A stretch of DNA of 64,000 nt from Bradymonadia bacterium. Its GTDB lineage: Bacteria; Myxococcota_A; Bradymonadia; UBA7976; UBA1532. Positions 10,237 through 20,195 of the stretch are shown piece after piece (position 1 is the first letter of the stretch; the number at the start of each line of letters is the position of its first letter). The notes under the pieces were generated by a model. It saw only the letters and a program-made list of their open reading frames with translations. It was not told the origin of the DNA and did no database searches. The position numbers and the translations under genes were made by a program. The DNA is taken from NCBI GenBank assembly GCA_046290225.1, contig JBKAGE010000070.1:160001-224000 (forward strand), read 5' to 3'.

Positions 10237-11408
10237 GGCGTGGGCTCCTCACCCTCGGGGGCGGCCTTCGGTGCAGCCTTGGGCTGGGCTTCGCCGCCGA
10301 GGGTGGCCAGCAGCTCGGGCATGAGCTTCACCGTGAGACCCGGCTGAATGTGGCGCAGGCCCGCGGTGACCAGGAGCTCACCCCCCTTCAGCCCCTCGGT
10401 GATCTCCATGCCCTGCTCGGAGATGTCGCCCACGGTGACCATCACCCGAGCCACCTTGCCCTGGCCCTCTTTGACGTCGTTCACCACCAGCACGTGGCGG
10501 CCCTCGCGATCCTCACCGACGGCGACGAGGGGCACGATGATGCGCGGCGCGGCGTTGGCCTCGCCGAAGGTGAAGGTGATCTCAGCGGCCATACCGGGCC
10601 TCACCTGAGCATCTTCCTTCTCGAGGACCACGGTGACGGGGAACGTGCTCTGGCCTCGGGCGGCGGGGCTGATCTCCGTGACGGTGCCGGGGATGGTGAG
10701 GGCGTTGGCGGCGGGGAACTTCACCTGCACGGTGGCCTGCGGCTCGACCTCGCTGATGAGCGACTCGGGCACCGCCACCACCACCTCGGTGCGGCCGCCG
10801 GTGTTGAGGGTGATGACCGGCTGCCCCGAGCCGAGGTTCTCGTTCACCTCGGAGATCGTGGCGGCCACCACCCCATCGGCGGGGGCCGACAGCACGGTGT
10901 ACTTCACCTGCTTCTGCAGCAGCTTGATGCGCTGGCCCGTCGACGCAAGCTGCGCCCGAGCGGACTCGTAGCCTGAGCGTGCAGCGTCGAGATCAGCCTT
11001 GGCGGCGTTGCCGTTGGCGTAGAGCTTGCGCACCCGATCGTAGCTGGCCTTGGCGCTCCGAGACTGGGCCCGGGCAGCGCCAGCGCTCGCTCTGGCCTCG
11101 CTCAGCTGCAGCTTGTAGTCGCTGTCGTCGAGCTCGGCGAGGCGCTGGCCTTTCTTGACCTCGTCGCCGACCTTCACCGCCAGGCTCTTGAGGGTGCCGT
11201 TCACCTTGAAGCTGAGCTGGGTCTCGGCGCCTGCCTGAGCGGTACCCGAGAGCACCCGGGTCCGCTGGGCGTCGGCTTGCTCGACCACAATGGCCCGCAC
11301 CGGGCGGATCACGGTCTTCTTCTCGGGTGGCGGCTTCTGGCAGCCAGCGAGCAGGGCGCTCAGCATGATGCCGCTGAGCCAGATACTGGGGGTGGAGACA
11401 GTCTGCAT
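10233..11408 (-). CDS. RND periplasmic adaptor (membrane fusion protein), lipoprotein
   Basis: Lipobox LLAGC; VKVGDEVKKGQRLAELD and LSAPADG motifs; ATGA overlap with the permease. Confidence 0.93.
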   Translation of the reverse strand: MQTVSTPSIWLSGIMLSALLAGCQKPPPEKKTVIRPVRAIVVEQADAQRTRVLSGTAQAGAETQLSFKVNGTLKSLAVKVGDEVKKGQRLAELDDSDYKLQLSEARASAGAARAQSRSAKASYDRVRKLYANGNAAKADLDAARSGYESARAQLASTGQRIKLLQKQVKYTVLSAPADGVVAATISEVNENLGSGQPVITLNTGGRTEVVVAVPESLISEVEPQATVQVKFPAANALTIPGTVTEISPAARGQSTFPVTVVLEKEDAQVRPGMAAEITFTFGEANAAPRIIVPLVAVGEDREGRHVLVVNDVKEGQGKVARVMVTVGDISEQGMEITEGLKGGELLVTAGLRHIQPGLTVKLMPELLATLGGEAQPKAAPKAAPEGEEPTP

Positions 11409-11416
11409 GGGAGACC

Positions 11417-13873
11417 TCACTGCTGAGCGGGGGTAGAGGAAGAAGGGGTCTTGGGAGCGCGGGCTTTGCGGAACCAGGCGTCGGCCCGATCGAGCCACGC
11501 CTTGCGGGACACGGCATCAGACTCGAGGTGAGAGAACGATCCGACGGCCCGCTCTGCGGTGAGATAGTCGAGCAGGAAGTCGAAGATGGCATTGGCTGCG
11601 CCCTGATCAGCCACCAACGCGGCGTTCTGGGCGTCGACCAGCTGAATCACGTTCGCCGCTCCGCGTCCATAGGCGTCGGTGACCAGATCGAAGTTCTGCC
11701 GAGCGGCCTTGGCAGCGTCACGGGCGAGCTGGATGCCTCGATAGGAAGCCGAGACAGTCTGCAGAGCCGCCCGCATACGTTGCTCAACCCGAAGTTTTGC
11801 CGAGGCCCGCTGCTGTTTGAGACGCATCAGCTCCGCCTCTGCCTTGCGCACCGCCGCAGAGCGACCGCCGCCCTCGTAGAGGGGCAGGCTCACGTTCACG
11901 CCCACGGACCAGAAGGTCTCGTCGAAGGTGGGGAAGCTCAGATCGATGGGCAAGTCGTCGGGCAGGGTGATGCCGGCCTCTGCCCCCTCACCGCCCTTGG
12001 CCAAGCGCTGCTGCAGCTCGGCCTGCAAAGCCACGGTGGGCATGTAGTAGCGGCGCTCCGCCAACAGCTCCGAGCGTGCCTGAGCCTCGATGAGGCTGTC
12101 GAGCTGCTTGAGCTCTGGCGAAGCCTTCACCGCCTCTTCCACCATGAAGTCCCGGAAGATGCTGAAGCTCAACGGATCGTTGAGGAACTGGAACACTCGC
12201 TGGTCGGAGATGATCAATCGGGGATCTTCCAGAGTGGTCTCTTCCACCTCGAAGCCGTCTTCGAGATCGTGATTCATCACCCGGTTCACCTCGATCTCCG
12301 CCAGATGGCGGCCCGCGCGGGCGTCGAGGGCCGACTGCTTCACCTGGGCGATCTCGCTCTGCCAGCGATACACCTCGCCGGGGTTGCCAGAGCCCACCTC
12401 TTTGCGGATCTCCGCGAGCTCGAGGTTCTTCCGGGTGCGGCGCAGGTTCTCTTTCTGGATCCGCTCGAAGGTCCGGGCCCGCAGCAGGTTCAAGAAGGCC
12501 TGACCGGCCTCCAGAGCCACGTCGAGCTTCTGTTGATCTCGGGACTGCCGCCGCTGCTTCTGCAGTTTTTGCTGAATCTCGTACTGCCCCCACACCGGAT
12601 CGGCGTAGAGCACCTGACTCAAGCTGATGGTGCCGTCGATGTATCGCTCGGGGCTGTTGCCCTGGGCTGCTCGGGCACGATCGCGATCGATCATCAGCCC
12701 CAGGGCCGAGACCTCCACCGTGGGCAGCAGGCTGGCCTTGGCGCTCTCGACGTCCTCTTCACCGGCAGCAACCTGCTGATCGGCCACCTTGAGGTCGAGG
12801 TTGCGCTGCATGGCCTGACGCATCACCGCGCTGAGATCGAGGGTGCGCAGCTTCGGGCGCCGGGCGTTGAGCAGCTCGGCTTCGGAGAGCACATCCCAGG
12901 AGGGCAGGCGGCCGATGGCCCGAGCCGTGGCCATGTTCACCACGAGACGCTCCCCTTCCACGAAGCGCACGGGGATCTCCGACGCCGGCGTGCCCATGAG
13001 CATCTGCTGAGTCTCCAGGGCGATGCGCCGGGCTCGACGCTGAAGATCAGCCTGTGGTGCAGCCCCTGCGAGGGCGCCGCGCTCTACCTCAGGGCGGCCG
13101 AAACGTGACCATGTGGGCAGCTTGCGATCCTTGAGGGCGTCGTAGAGCTTCTTGCGATCGGCAGGCTTCATCTGAAACAGCGGCGCCAGATAGACCGCCT
13201 CGATGTCTGCCGGCAGGGCTGCGATGACCGCCTCAGGATCAGTCCCCGAGGGCACGATGCCAGCCAGCTCTATGCCTGCATCCTGAGTCTGCGCCTGCCC
13301 CCAGGCCAGCGCCTGGGGCATTGTGGACACCACGAACTCGGGCACCACGATCGCCATGCGCTTGAAGGGCACCACGCTCTGGAACAGCTGCAGCTCGCGG
13401 GTCATGCTCCAGCTGCCCACGAGATAGGCCAGGTTCTTCACCCCACTCCGGCCGTCTTTTTGAGGCAACGGCAGCCCCACGTCCACGAGGCCACCGGCAT
13501 ACACCACCTTGGGGAGATCTTTGCGCTGCGTCGCGGTGTACGACGCCTGAAAACCCAAGGTGATCACCAGAGTGACCTCTGGATCAGCGAGCAGGCTGTC
13601 GAGGGCTTTACCGATGCCTTCCGGGGTCCAGTCTGCGGTGAGGGTCTTGTCTTTGGGAAAGCTCACCTCGAACTCTGCCCCGGCGAGGGTGAGCACCTCG
13701 CGCTCCACCGCTGCTCTGAGCTGGGCGTTCGTGGGCGCCGGGCCATCGAAGACCAAGCCGATCCGGTGAGCGCCTCGGGCGCTCGCCGCCGATGTCATGA
13801 ACATCACGGCGATCAAGGCCATCAAGGCACTCAGAGGGCGCGTCAGCGTGCTTCTCGGCGTAAGGGTCTGCAT
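11417..13873 (-). CDS. TolC-family outer membrane factor fused to an N-terminal periplasmic-binding-like domain
   Basis: The C-terminal half has TolC repeats (AKASLLPTV, VNVSLPLYEGG, AYGRGAANVIQLVDAQ). The N-terminal ~330 aa ends in VERGALAG...LVVNMATARAIG, typical of ABC substrate-binding-type domains. Confidence 0.88.
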   Translation of the reverse strand: MQTLTPRSTLTRPLSALMALIAVMFMTSAASARGAHRIGLVFDGPAPTNAQLRAAVEREVLTLAGAEFEVSFPKDKTLTADWTPEGIGKALDSLLADPEVTLVITLGFQASYTATQRKDLPKVVYAGGLVDVGLPLPQKDGRSGVKNLAYLVGSWSMTRELQLFQSVVPFKRMAIVVPEFVVSTMPQALAWGQAQTQDAGIELAGIVPSGTDPEAVIAALPADIEAVYLAPLFQMKPADRKKLYDALKDRKLPTWSRFGRPEVERGALAGAAPQADLQRRARRIALETQQMLMGTPASEIPVRFVEGERLVVNMATARAIGRLPSWDVLSEAELLNARRPKLRTLDLSAVMRQAMQRNLDLKVADQQVAAGEEDVESAKASLLPTVEVSALGLMIDRDRARAAQGNSPERYIDGTISLSQVLYADPVWGQYEIQQKLQKQRRQSRDQQKLDVALEAGQAFLNLLRARTFERIQKENLRRTRKNLELAEIRKEVGSGNPGEVYRWQSEIAQVKQSALDARAGRHLAEIEVNRVMNHDLEDGFEVEETTLEDPRLIISDQRVFQFLNDPLSFSIFRDFMVEEAVKASPELKQLDSLIEAQARSELLAERRYYMPTVALQAELQQRLAKGGEGAEAGITLPDDLPIDLSFPTFDETFWSVGVNVSLPLYEGGGRSAAVRKAEAELMRLKQQRASAKLRVEQRMRAALQTVSASYRGIQLARDAAKAARQNFDLVTDAYGRGAANVIQLVDAQNAALVADQGAANAIFDFLLDYLTAERAVGSFSHLESDAVSRKAWLDRADAWFRKARAPKTPSSSTPAQQ

Positions 13874-14023
13874 CAGGGGAGCCTCGCAATCGTGCTGTGT
13901 CCTCGGTGGCATCACAGTCGGACACGTTCGCCATTGCGTAAACCAATTCCCGTGCCATCAGGGGCACCTCGGGCAGGCCGTTGGATTTATTCAAAGTTTT
14001 TTAACAAAGTATTGGCGAGCAAG

Positions 14024-14076
14024 TTGTCCATCAGGGTGGACAAGTGTCCGACCGGACACTTCAGACGGCTTGTCCA
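14024..14076. promoter_or_regulatory. Overlapping inverted repeats (putative operator) between divergent genes
   Basis: TTGTCCA-N6-TGGACAA (14024-14043) and AAGTGTCCG-AC-CGGACACTT (14042-14061), beside an AT-rich tract at 13981-14013. Confidence 0.5.
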
Positions 14077-14227
14077 GGCGCCCCAAGATTCGCTCGAGGT
14101 GCCCGACGTCGATCACACATCACGAGATCTTCACGGCACCCGATCTGTGTGCCATACCTCTCCCTCGAGGGGCCTGCCACAGTCCTCTCGTGCAGATCGA
14201 ACGCCCCACCGAAAACAGGAGCGTCAG

Positions 14228-15229
14228 ATGGACACCCCCTCGCCTCCCCCGCCTCGAGCTCTATGGACGCTCACGCGGCTGGTGTTCTTCGGTGCGGGTC
14301 TCGCCGCAGTGCTGGCCATGCTCCCGGATACGCCGTGGTGGATGGGACTCTTCGATCACTTCCGGCTGCACATCGGCTTCGGGTTCATCCTCGCAGGGTT
14401 CTTTGCGTTGCTGTGCCGCAAATGGCCCGCAGCGGTCATCGGCGCCATGCTCGCCGCCGCCCATCTGCTTGCTCTGGGCCATCAAGGCGGCGGCCCGGAG
14501 GCCCAGGGCCATGGGCCCACCCTGAAGATCATGAGCTTCAACGTGCTCGGCTCCAACACCGCCCTCGACGATCTCGAAGCCTTCGTCGAAGCAGAGTCAC
14601 CCGACATCATCGTACTTCTGGAAGTGCGCCCTCACCTCGCCACGCGGCTGCGACGGTGGCCAGGCTACAGCGTGCAGGCTCTGAGGCCTCGAGAAGACAA
14701 CTTTGGCGTGGCGTTGCTGAGCAAGTGGCCCATGGTCCCTTCTGAGACTCGACCCCTCGGGGGCATCTACGACAGCGTCATCGGCGCCACAGATCTCGGC
14801 GGTCGGCCCCTGGTCGTCATCGGCGCTCACCCACCGCCGCCGGTGAGCGGCCCTGTGACCGAGACCCGAGATCGCACCATCGACGCCATCGCCGGTTTCA
14901 TCGAGGGAGACATCAAGGGGTTCCTCGGCGCCATGGCCCCTCAAGGCATCACCCCACACGTGGTGGTGGTCGGTGATCTCAACGCCACTCCATGGTCTCA
15001 ACCTGTTCAGAAATTGATGACTTCAGCGGGGCTGTGGGACAGCCGTCGGGGCTTTGGCTACCACGCCACGTGGCCCGCGAAGCTGGGCCCTCTCGGGATC
15101 CCCATCGATCATGCGCTGGTCTCTGGTGATCTCGCAGTGCTTGAGCGTCGGGTGGGGCCTGCTCTGGGCTCAGATCATCGCCCTGTGCTGCTCACCGTCA
15201 CCCCAGCAGTCGAGCAGCCTTCACTCTGA
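14228..15229 (+). CDS. Endonuclease/exonuclease/phosphatase (EEP) family membrane protein
   Basis: N-terminal TMs; MSFNV, LLEV, GDLNATPWS, IDHALV and GSDHRPV motifs; CAGGAG RBS. Confidence 0.9.
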   Translation: MDTPSPPPPRALWTLTRLVFFGAGLAAVLAMLPDTPWWMGLFDHFRLHIGFGFILAGFFALLCRKWPAAVIGAMLAAAHLLALGHQGGGPEAQGHGPTLKIMSFNVLGSNTALDDLEAFVEAESPDIIVLLEVRPHLATRLRRWPGYSVQALRPREDNFGVALLSKWPMVPSETRPLGGIYDSVIGATDLGGRPLVVIGAHPPPPVSGPVTETRDRTIDAIAGFIEGDIKGFLGAMAPQGITPHVVVVGDLNATPWSQPVQKLMTSAGLWDSRRGFGYHATWPAKLGPLGIPIDHALVSGDLAVLERRVGPALGSDHRPVLLTVTPAVEQPSL

Positions 15230-15862
15230 CTCTTCTTCCACCACGAGGCTGGCGGTGATCTCTTCTGTCTGCACACACACCACCGCAGCCCCCGAAGGCG
15301 GGTTGTTCACCGCCCCCAGACAATTGGCCACGCCGTCTACAGTGAGATCGGTGTCTTCGATCACCGCCACCGACTCTCGCTCGGTGCGACTCAACCGCGC
15401 GCTGTCGGCCTCTTCACCCTCGACCTGCAGCACGATGTCCACCTCACGGTAGCGGCAGACGATGACATTGCTGCCTGCGGTGGCCTCCAGGGCCGATGTT
15501 TGGGTGAGTTGTCGCCAGTTGGTGCCGCTGACCGTGTTCAACACCACCACCTCACTCTGGCTCAGGATCTCCGGATCGGCCGGATCGATGCTGGCGCAGG
15601 CTTCGGCCCCATCGCAGGGGAAGACGACCTGGACCGTACCCCCGCCCGCCTGCTGCGGCCCCATCACAAAGGTCGAGGCTGGCACCAGGCAATCGATGCA
15701 GCTGCTGGGATCAGGGATCGTGGTGGGGGTGCCATCACAGGCCCCCTCGGGGGTGATGGTGTATTGCTGCACCTGCCAGGTTCCAGCCACTGCAGGGATC
15801 TCTTCAGGTGGCTGGCAGCCGAGAACGCCCAACGCCAGCGCGCCGATGATGCACGCCCTCAT
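15221..15862 (-). CDS. Hypothetical lipoprotein
   Basis: MRACIIGALALGVLGC lipobox; ATGA overlap with the upstream barrel gene. Confidence 0.8.
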   Translation of the reverse strand: MRACIIGALALGVLGCQPPEEIPAVAGTWQVQQYTITPEGACDGTPTTIPDPSSCIDCLVPASTFVMGPQQAGGGTVQVVFPCDGAEACASIDPADPEILSQSEVVVLNTVSGTNWRQLTQTSALEATAGSNVIVCRYREVDIVLQVEGEEADSARLSRTERESVAVIEDTDLTVDGVANCLGAVNNPPSGAAVVCVQTEEITASLVVEEESE

Positions 15863-17403
15863 GTGCCCAGGTTGTGTCGCGCGATGACCTGAAACCTGAG
15901 ACCGGAGAACTCCGGAAAATCGCGACAGACGCCGGCGACGCATTTGATGCCTCCACGCTGGTTGCCGATGATGGTCCGCAGCTGGACCTCGGGGATCGGA
16001 TTGTAGACCAGAATCCCCGCGAGGAACGAGTTACGCACCCCTTCGGAGTTGTTCTGAGTGTCGTGGCCCACCTCCACGGTGGCTGATCCCACCCCGGTCC
16101 ACTCCACGGCGAGCAGCGAGCTGCCTCGGGCGTACTTCCGGCCCTCGAGCTCCCAGAACTGATGGTAGAGCTGCATGTGAAACGCCAGGGATCGGGTGAT
16201 GGGCTCGAGGTAGTCGAGATCGAGGTGGCGCAGGCTCTTGATGCTCCGGCCATTCTGCACCTCGTCGCGAAAGCCCCCGGCGAGGTTCATCCGGGCCCGG
16301 CCCTGACGGTATCGCCACTCGAAGCCCCCATAACCGTGGTACTGCTTCACCTTCCCGGGCTCGTCGGGGTTCACGATGCGGTGCATGCCGTTGACGTAGG
16401 GCACGAAGTCACCATCGAGCAGGAAGAGATCAGCCCGGATGCGCCCCCCGAGGATGTCGCGGTTGTTGAGCACCTCCTGGTCGAAGCGCTCCACAGTGGG
16501 GGGCTGGTTGTAGTTGAACCGGTTCTGAGTGGCTGTGTTCTCGCCACCCCGCAGCTCGTATTTGTCGAGATACAAGCCCTCGAACAAGATGCCGTAGTGC
16601 TCTTGCAGCACGTTGAGGGCCACGAAGCCCGCAGTGCCGTCTTCCTCGTCACCCACCAGCCTGCGCTGTTGATAGTCCACCTCACCGTAGAAGGTGAGCC
16701 AGTCCGTCAGCTCAGGCACATCGAGAGAGCCACCGACGGTCTGAGTCTGATCATCATCCAGGCCCGGACGATCGAGGATGGGATCTCGGGGCTGGAGATA
16801 CACATAATACATCGTGAGATCGATGGACCGGTCGAAGTCGAACAGCTCACCGACCCGCAGCGTGTATTCGCCACCCGCGATGAGATCTTCCGAGTCTTCC
16901 ACGAACTTGAGCGACACCCAGTCGAGGTTGGCCGGATTGGTGTAGCCCCCGAAGACGGTGGCCTTCATCACGTCACCGTCATACTCCGCCAGGCCCCCTC
17001 TCAAAGAGACGTCTACCCCGAGCTCGTCCACCTTGCGCAGCGAGAGCGCGATGCCGCGGCCGAGCTGTCGATAGAAGTCACCCGCCACCAGCGTATAGGT
17101 GCCCGGCGCATATTTGAGACCCACCCGCTCCAAGCGAATGTCATCTTTGAACTCGTCGGTGGGCGCCCCGATGAAATACATGGAGTCGAGACGGTTCACC
17201 GAGGAGAAGTCGCCCCACTTCCCGTTGAAGTTCAACCGGTTGACGATCATGTCATAGTTGTCGTCGTTGGGATCGCCGTTCCTGTTGTCGGTGCGGCGGT
17301 CGACGGTGAGCGTGTCGGTGAGCTGCACCGCCGGCCCCTGGGCCAGCGCCTCGGTGGCGATGAGGCCCAGGGAAAGGGTCAACACGTGTGTCAGGATCTT
17401 CAA
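15859..17403 (-). CDS. Putative outer-membrane beta-barrel, DUF6029-like
   Basis: Signal peptide, amphipathic strands, GDFYRQLGRGIALS motif, C-terminal RGGIKCVAGVCR..P.FSG motif; next to TlpA. Confidence 0.75.
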   Translation of the reverse strand: MKILTHVLTLSLGLIATEALAQGPAVQLTDTLTVDRRTDNRNGDPNDDNYDMIVNRLNFNGKWGDFSSVNRLDSMYFIGAPTDEFKDDIRLERVGLKYAPGTYTLVAGDFYRQLGRGIALSLRKVDELGVDVSLRGGLAEYDGDVMKATVFGGYTNPANLDWVSLKFVEDSEDLIAGGEYTLRVGELFDFDRSIDLTMYYVYLQPRDPILDRPGLDDDQTQTVGGSLDVPELTDWLTFYGEVDYQQRRLVGDEEDGTAGFVALNVLQEHYGILFEGLYLDKYELRGGENTATQNRFNYNQPPTVERFDQEVLNNRDILGGRIRADLFLLDGDFVPYVNGMHRIVNPDEPGKVKQYHGYGGFEWRYRQGRARMNLAGGFRDEVQNGRSIKSLRHLDLDYLEPITRSLAFHMQLYHQFWELEGRKYARGSSLLAVEWTGVGSATVEVGHDTQNNSEGVRNSFLAGILVYNPIPEVQLRTIIGNQRGGIKCVAGVCRDFPEFSGLRFQVIARHNLGT

Positions 17404-17479
17404 GACGTGTCCTCGAGGGATGAGACTTCGGCGGGTCGAGTCGATCGAGCGGTCAGGGGGGATCTAGCAGAGATCTGCC

Positions 17480-18037
17480 TCAGGGCGTAGGGGCAGCAGG
17501 CGCCGGGGTCGGCGCAGCATCTGCGCCTTCAGCGATCAGGGTGTCGATGTGCTTTTTGATCTCCACCTCGTCACCGCTGGCGTAGCCCTCGTGCTGGAAG
17601 GCGATGCGGCCCTCTCGATCGACCCCAACAGTGAAGGGGGGCGTACCGCGGGGGTTCAGCGCTGCGAGGGTAGAGCCGTCCTGATCGAGCAGCACGTTCA
17701 TCTTCCAGCGCTTGCGCTTGGCGAGCACCCGCACCTCGGAGAGGGTCTGGGGGCTGTCGATGCTGATGGCCAGCACCTCGAGGCCTTTGTCCTTGAGGTC
17801 TTTCTGGTACTGATCGAGGAAGGGCAGCTCTTGCTTGCAGGGCCCGCACCACGTGGCCCAGAAGTTGATGATCACCACCTTCCCCTTGAGCTCGGAGAGC
17901 TTCACCTTCTTGCCCTTGATGTTCTTCAGGGCGAAGTCGGCGATGGCCGAGCGCTTCTCAGGGGGAGTCAGATCACTGGCCGAGGCCAGGCTGGTGGTGG
18001 CGAAGAGAGCCAGCAGAGCAAAAATCAGGTGGCGCAT
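17480..18037 (-). CDS. TlpA-family thiol-disulfide oxidoreductase
   Basis: Signal peptide, INFWATWCGPCKQELP, cis-Pro loop GTPP. Confidence 0.93.
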   Translation of the reverse strand: MRHLIFALLALFATTSLASASDLTPPEKRSAIADFALKNIKGKKVKLSELKGKVVIINFWATWCGPCKQELPFLDQYQKDLKDKGLEVLAISIDSPQTLSEVRVLAKRKRWKMNVLLDQDGSTLAALNPRGTPPFTVGVDREGRIAFQHEGYASGDEVEIKKHIDTLIAEGADAAPTPAPAAPTP

Positions 18038-18095
18038 TGAAGCTCCTCGATGGTGGGCCGCACAGCCCAGAACTGGTGTTTCGAACGCGAGGGCC

Positions 18096-18728
18096 TCAGA
18101 GCAGGGCGCCGATGATGGCCCGCACTGCGCTCTCGTCGAAGCCGGTGTCGATCTTCACCATCTCCATGGTGTCGAGATCGACGATCATGGTCATGGGGGT
18201 CAGGCTGCGATCGTAGTAATCCTGGAGCACGAAGGGCTCATCGGAGACGACGTACACGTCGTCGCCGAGGCTGTACTGCCTGCGCCACTGGTTCGCGAGA
18301 TCAGCGTTGGACGGGTTGAACTCGGCGTCCTCGAAGAGGGCGACGAAGACCACGAGGCCGTCGTCGTGCAGCTCGTCGGAGAGGGCCTGCAGTTTGGGCT
18401 GCTCCTCGATGCACGCAGTGCACCAGCCCGCTGAAGTGGAGATCAACAGCACCTTGTTGCTGGCGTCCATGCGGATGTCGCCGAGATCGATGGCGTTGCC
18501 GAGATCGTCGACGAAGCCCAGGTTCGTCAGGATGGCACCTTCAGAAGTGCCGTACCCGCTCGCGGGGTAGGTGGCCCGATCGACGCCGCCAGCGGCACCG
18601 CCGGCAGCACCTGCGCCGCCACCACCGGCGCCAGCCTCACCGCCAGCGTCGTCTTCTACGTCATCGCACCCCAAAGCAGCGGCGGCGATGATCATCGAGC
18701 TCAAGAGCATGGTTTTCAGAGTACGCAT
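18096..18728 (-). CDS. Redoxin-fold lipoprotein
   Basis: Lipobox ALGC, Gly/Ala tether, SAGWCTAC, LTPMT cis-Pro region. Confidence 0.88.
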   Translation of the reverse strand: MRTLKTMLLSSMIIAAAALGCDDVEDDAGGEAGAGGGGAGAAGGAAGGVDRATYPASGYGTSEGAILTNLGFVDDLGNAIDLGDIRMDASNKVLLISTSAGWCTACIEEQPKLQALSDELHDDGLVVFVALFEDAEFNPSNADLANQWRRQYSLGDDVYVVSDEPFVLQDYYDRSLTPMTMIVDLDTMEMVKIDTGFDESAVRAIIGALL

Positions 18729-18804
18729 CAGTTTCTCTCCAGGGCGCAGAGATGTACGAGTGAAAGCAGGGCCTCATTCAGCCGGCAATGTTCGAGGCGT
18801 CTTC

Positions 18805-19992
18805 TCAGCGGGGGGCGTAGCCCATCCAGTTCAGACAGGGTAGACCGCCGGACTCACCTTCAGAGACGATATACACCCCTTCGGCGTCGACGACACCCTC
18901 CCCATACCGCTCCCAGTCTCCCTCGGGTACGTGCTCTCCGTCAGCGAGGGTGCAGTTGAGCCCACCCAACGCAAACAGATCGACCGTGGTGCCCGGGGGG
19001 AGTTCGGTCTCGTTGGGGATACGCACCGTGAAGGGGGTGCCCTGCACGTCGCCCTCGGGCACGAAGGCGTAGATCGCAGTGGGCGTGGGCTCGTCTTCGA
19101 GGAAGTACAGCCCCGGAGCATCTTCAGGATCGATCCGGCGCACACCCAGGCGGTCGTAGCTGGAGAAGAAGCGATCAGGCACGACCTCGACCTCGAGGCC
19201 ATCATAGAAAGTCACCGTACGGGGGGCCGCGCCGTCCCCCTCGGGGGGCAGGTCGCCGCCTACAGTGCGGTAGAGCACCGTAGGCGAATCGAGGCGCATG
19301 ATGCCGTCGGTCACCGTGTCGAAGGTGGCCACATCATAGCTCGTGGCCTGCTCGGAGCCCGGCAACAACACACGCTGAGCCACCTTCTCCATGCACTGCG
19401 CTTCGGCGTTCACCGAGATGGTGTATGCACCGTCGGCTCGCGTGTCGGCAGGTTGCAGACAAAGCAACATGCCATCGGGGGCGATGTTGATGCAGGCCTG
19501 GGCCTTGGCACCCGAGACCGCCTGACCTTGATCGTTCACGACCCAGCCGCGGATCTCGGTGACCCATTCAAACTCGGCGCCACAACTCGGCGGCCGGGGG
19601 ATCACCTGTGCCGGGGGCTCGGCGATGCTCGCCGGCATGTCCAGCTCGGTCTCCACAGGCGGAGGAGGCGCCACACCAGGACCACCGCCACCGACATCAC
19701 CACCAGCGCCACCGGGCTCACCGCCCATGCCACCGAGGCCACCGGCACCGCCCATGATCTCGCCGCCAGCGCCGCCGGCCATGCCTCCGGCGCCACCGGG
19801 CTCGCCGCCACCGCCGCCCATACCTCCGGCGCCTGCCATGCCCCCGCCGGCAAAGGCACCACCGCCTCCGCCAAAGGGCGACGGATCAGAGTCACTGTCG
19901 TCTTCGGAGCAACCGGCCAGGGCCAGCGCGAAAATTAAGCCTGGGGCCACAGGGATCAGGGACCGAACGCGCATTCGGGGGTGTCGCATCAC
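18805..19992 (-). CDS. Hypothetical lipoprotein with Gly/Met-rich tether
   Basis: Lipobox LALAGC, long GGMAGAGG repeats, beta-rich C-terminal domain. Confidence 0.8.
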   Translation of the reverse strand: MMRHPRMRVRSLIPVAPGLIFALALAGCSEDDSDSDPSPFGGGGGAFAGGGMAGAGGMGGGGGEPGGAGGMAGGAGGEIMGGAGGLGGMGGEPGGAGGDVGGGGPGVAPPPPVETELDMPASIAEPPAQVIPRPPSCGAEFEWVTEIRGWVVNDQGQAVSGAKAQACINIAPDGMLLCLQPADTRADGAYTISVNAEAQCMEKVAQRVLLPGSEQATSYDVATFDTVTDGIMRLDSPTVLYRTVGGDLPPEGDGAAPRTVTFYDGLEVEVVPDRFFSSYDRLGVRRIDPEDAPGLYFLEDEPTPTAIYAFVPEGDVQGTPFTVRIPNETELPPGTTVDLFALGGLNCTLADGEHVPEGDWERYGEGVVDAEGVYIVSEGESGGLPCLNWMGYAPR

Positions 19993-20195
19993 TCAACCTC
20001 TCTCGACTTCTTCAGACGCTGGCAGCCTATGGCAACACTGACATCGTGCGCAAAGGTACGCACGTCGCCGAGAAAAGTTATCCATGTCGATGACTCAAAG
20101 TGAAAGGGGCAGAAATCTGCACATCGGCCTTCTCCTCAGCTCTGTGTTACTCTGACGCCGACTGGGAGAGAGACACCAACAGCATCGGAGGGCAT

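Noticed and set aside
13943..13958. Minus-strand sigma-54-like site upstream of the efflux operon (TGGCACGGGAATTGGT)
   Set aside because: The -12 element is GG rather than the conserved GC.
13460..14227. Upstream extension of the EEP ORF
   Set aside because: It overlaps the TolC gene antisense; the RBS and homology point to a start at 14228.
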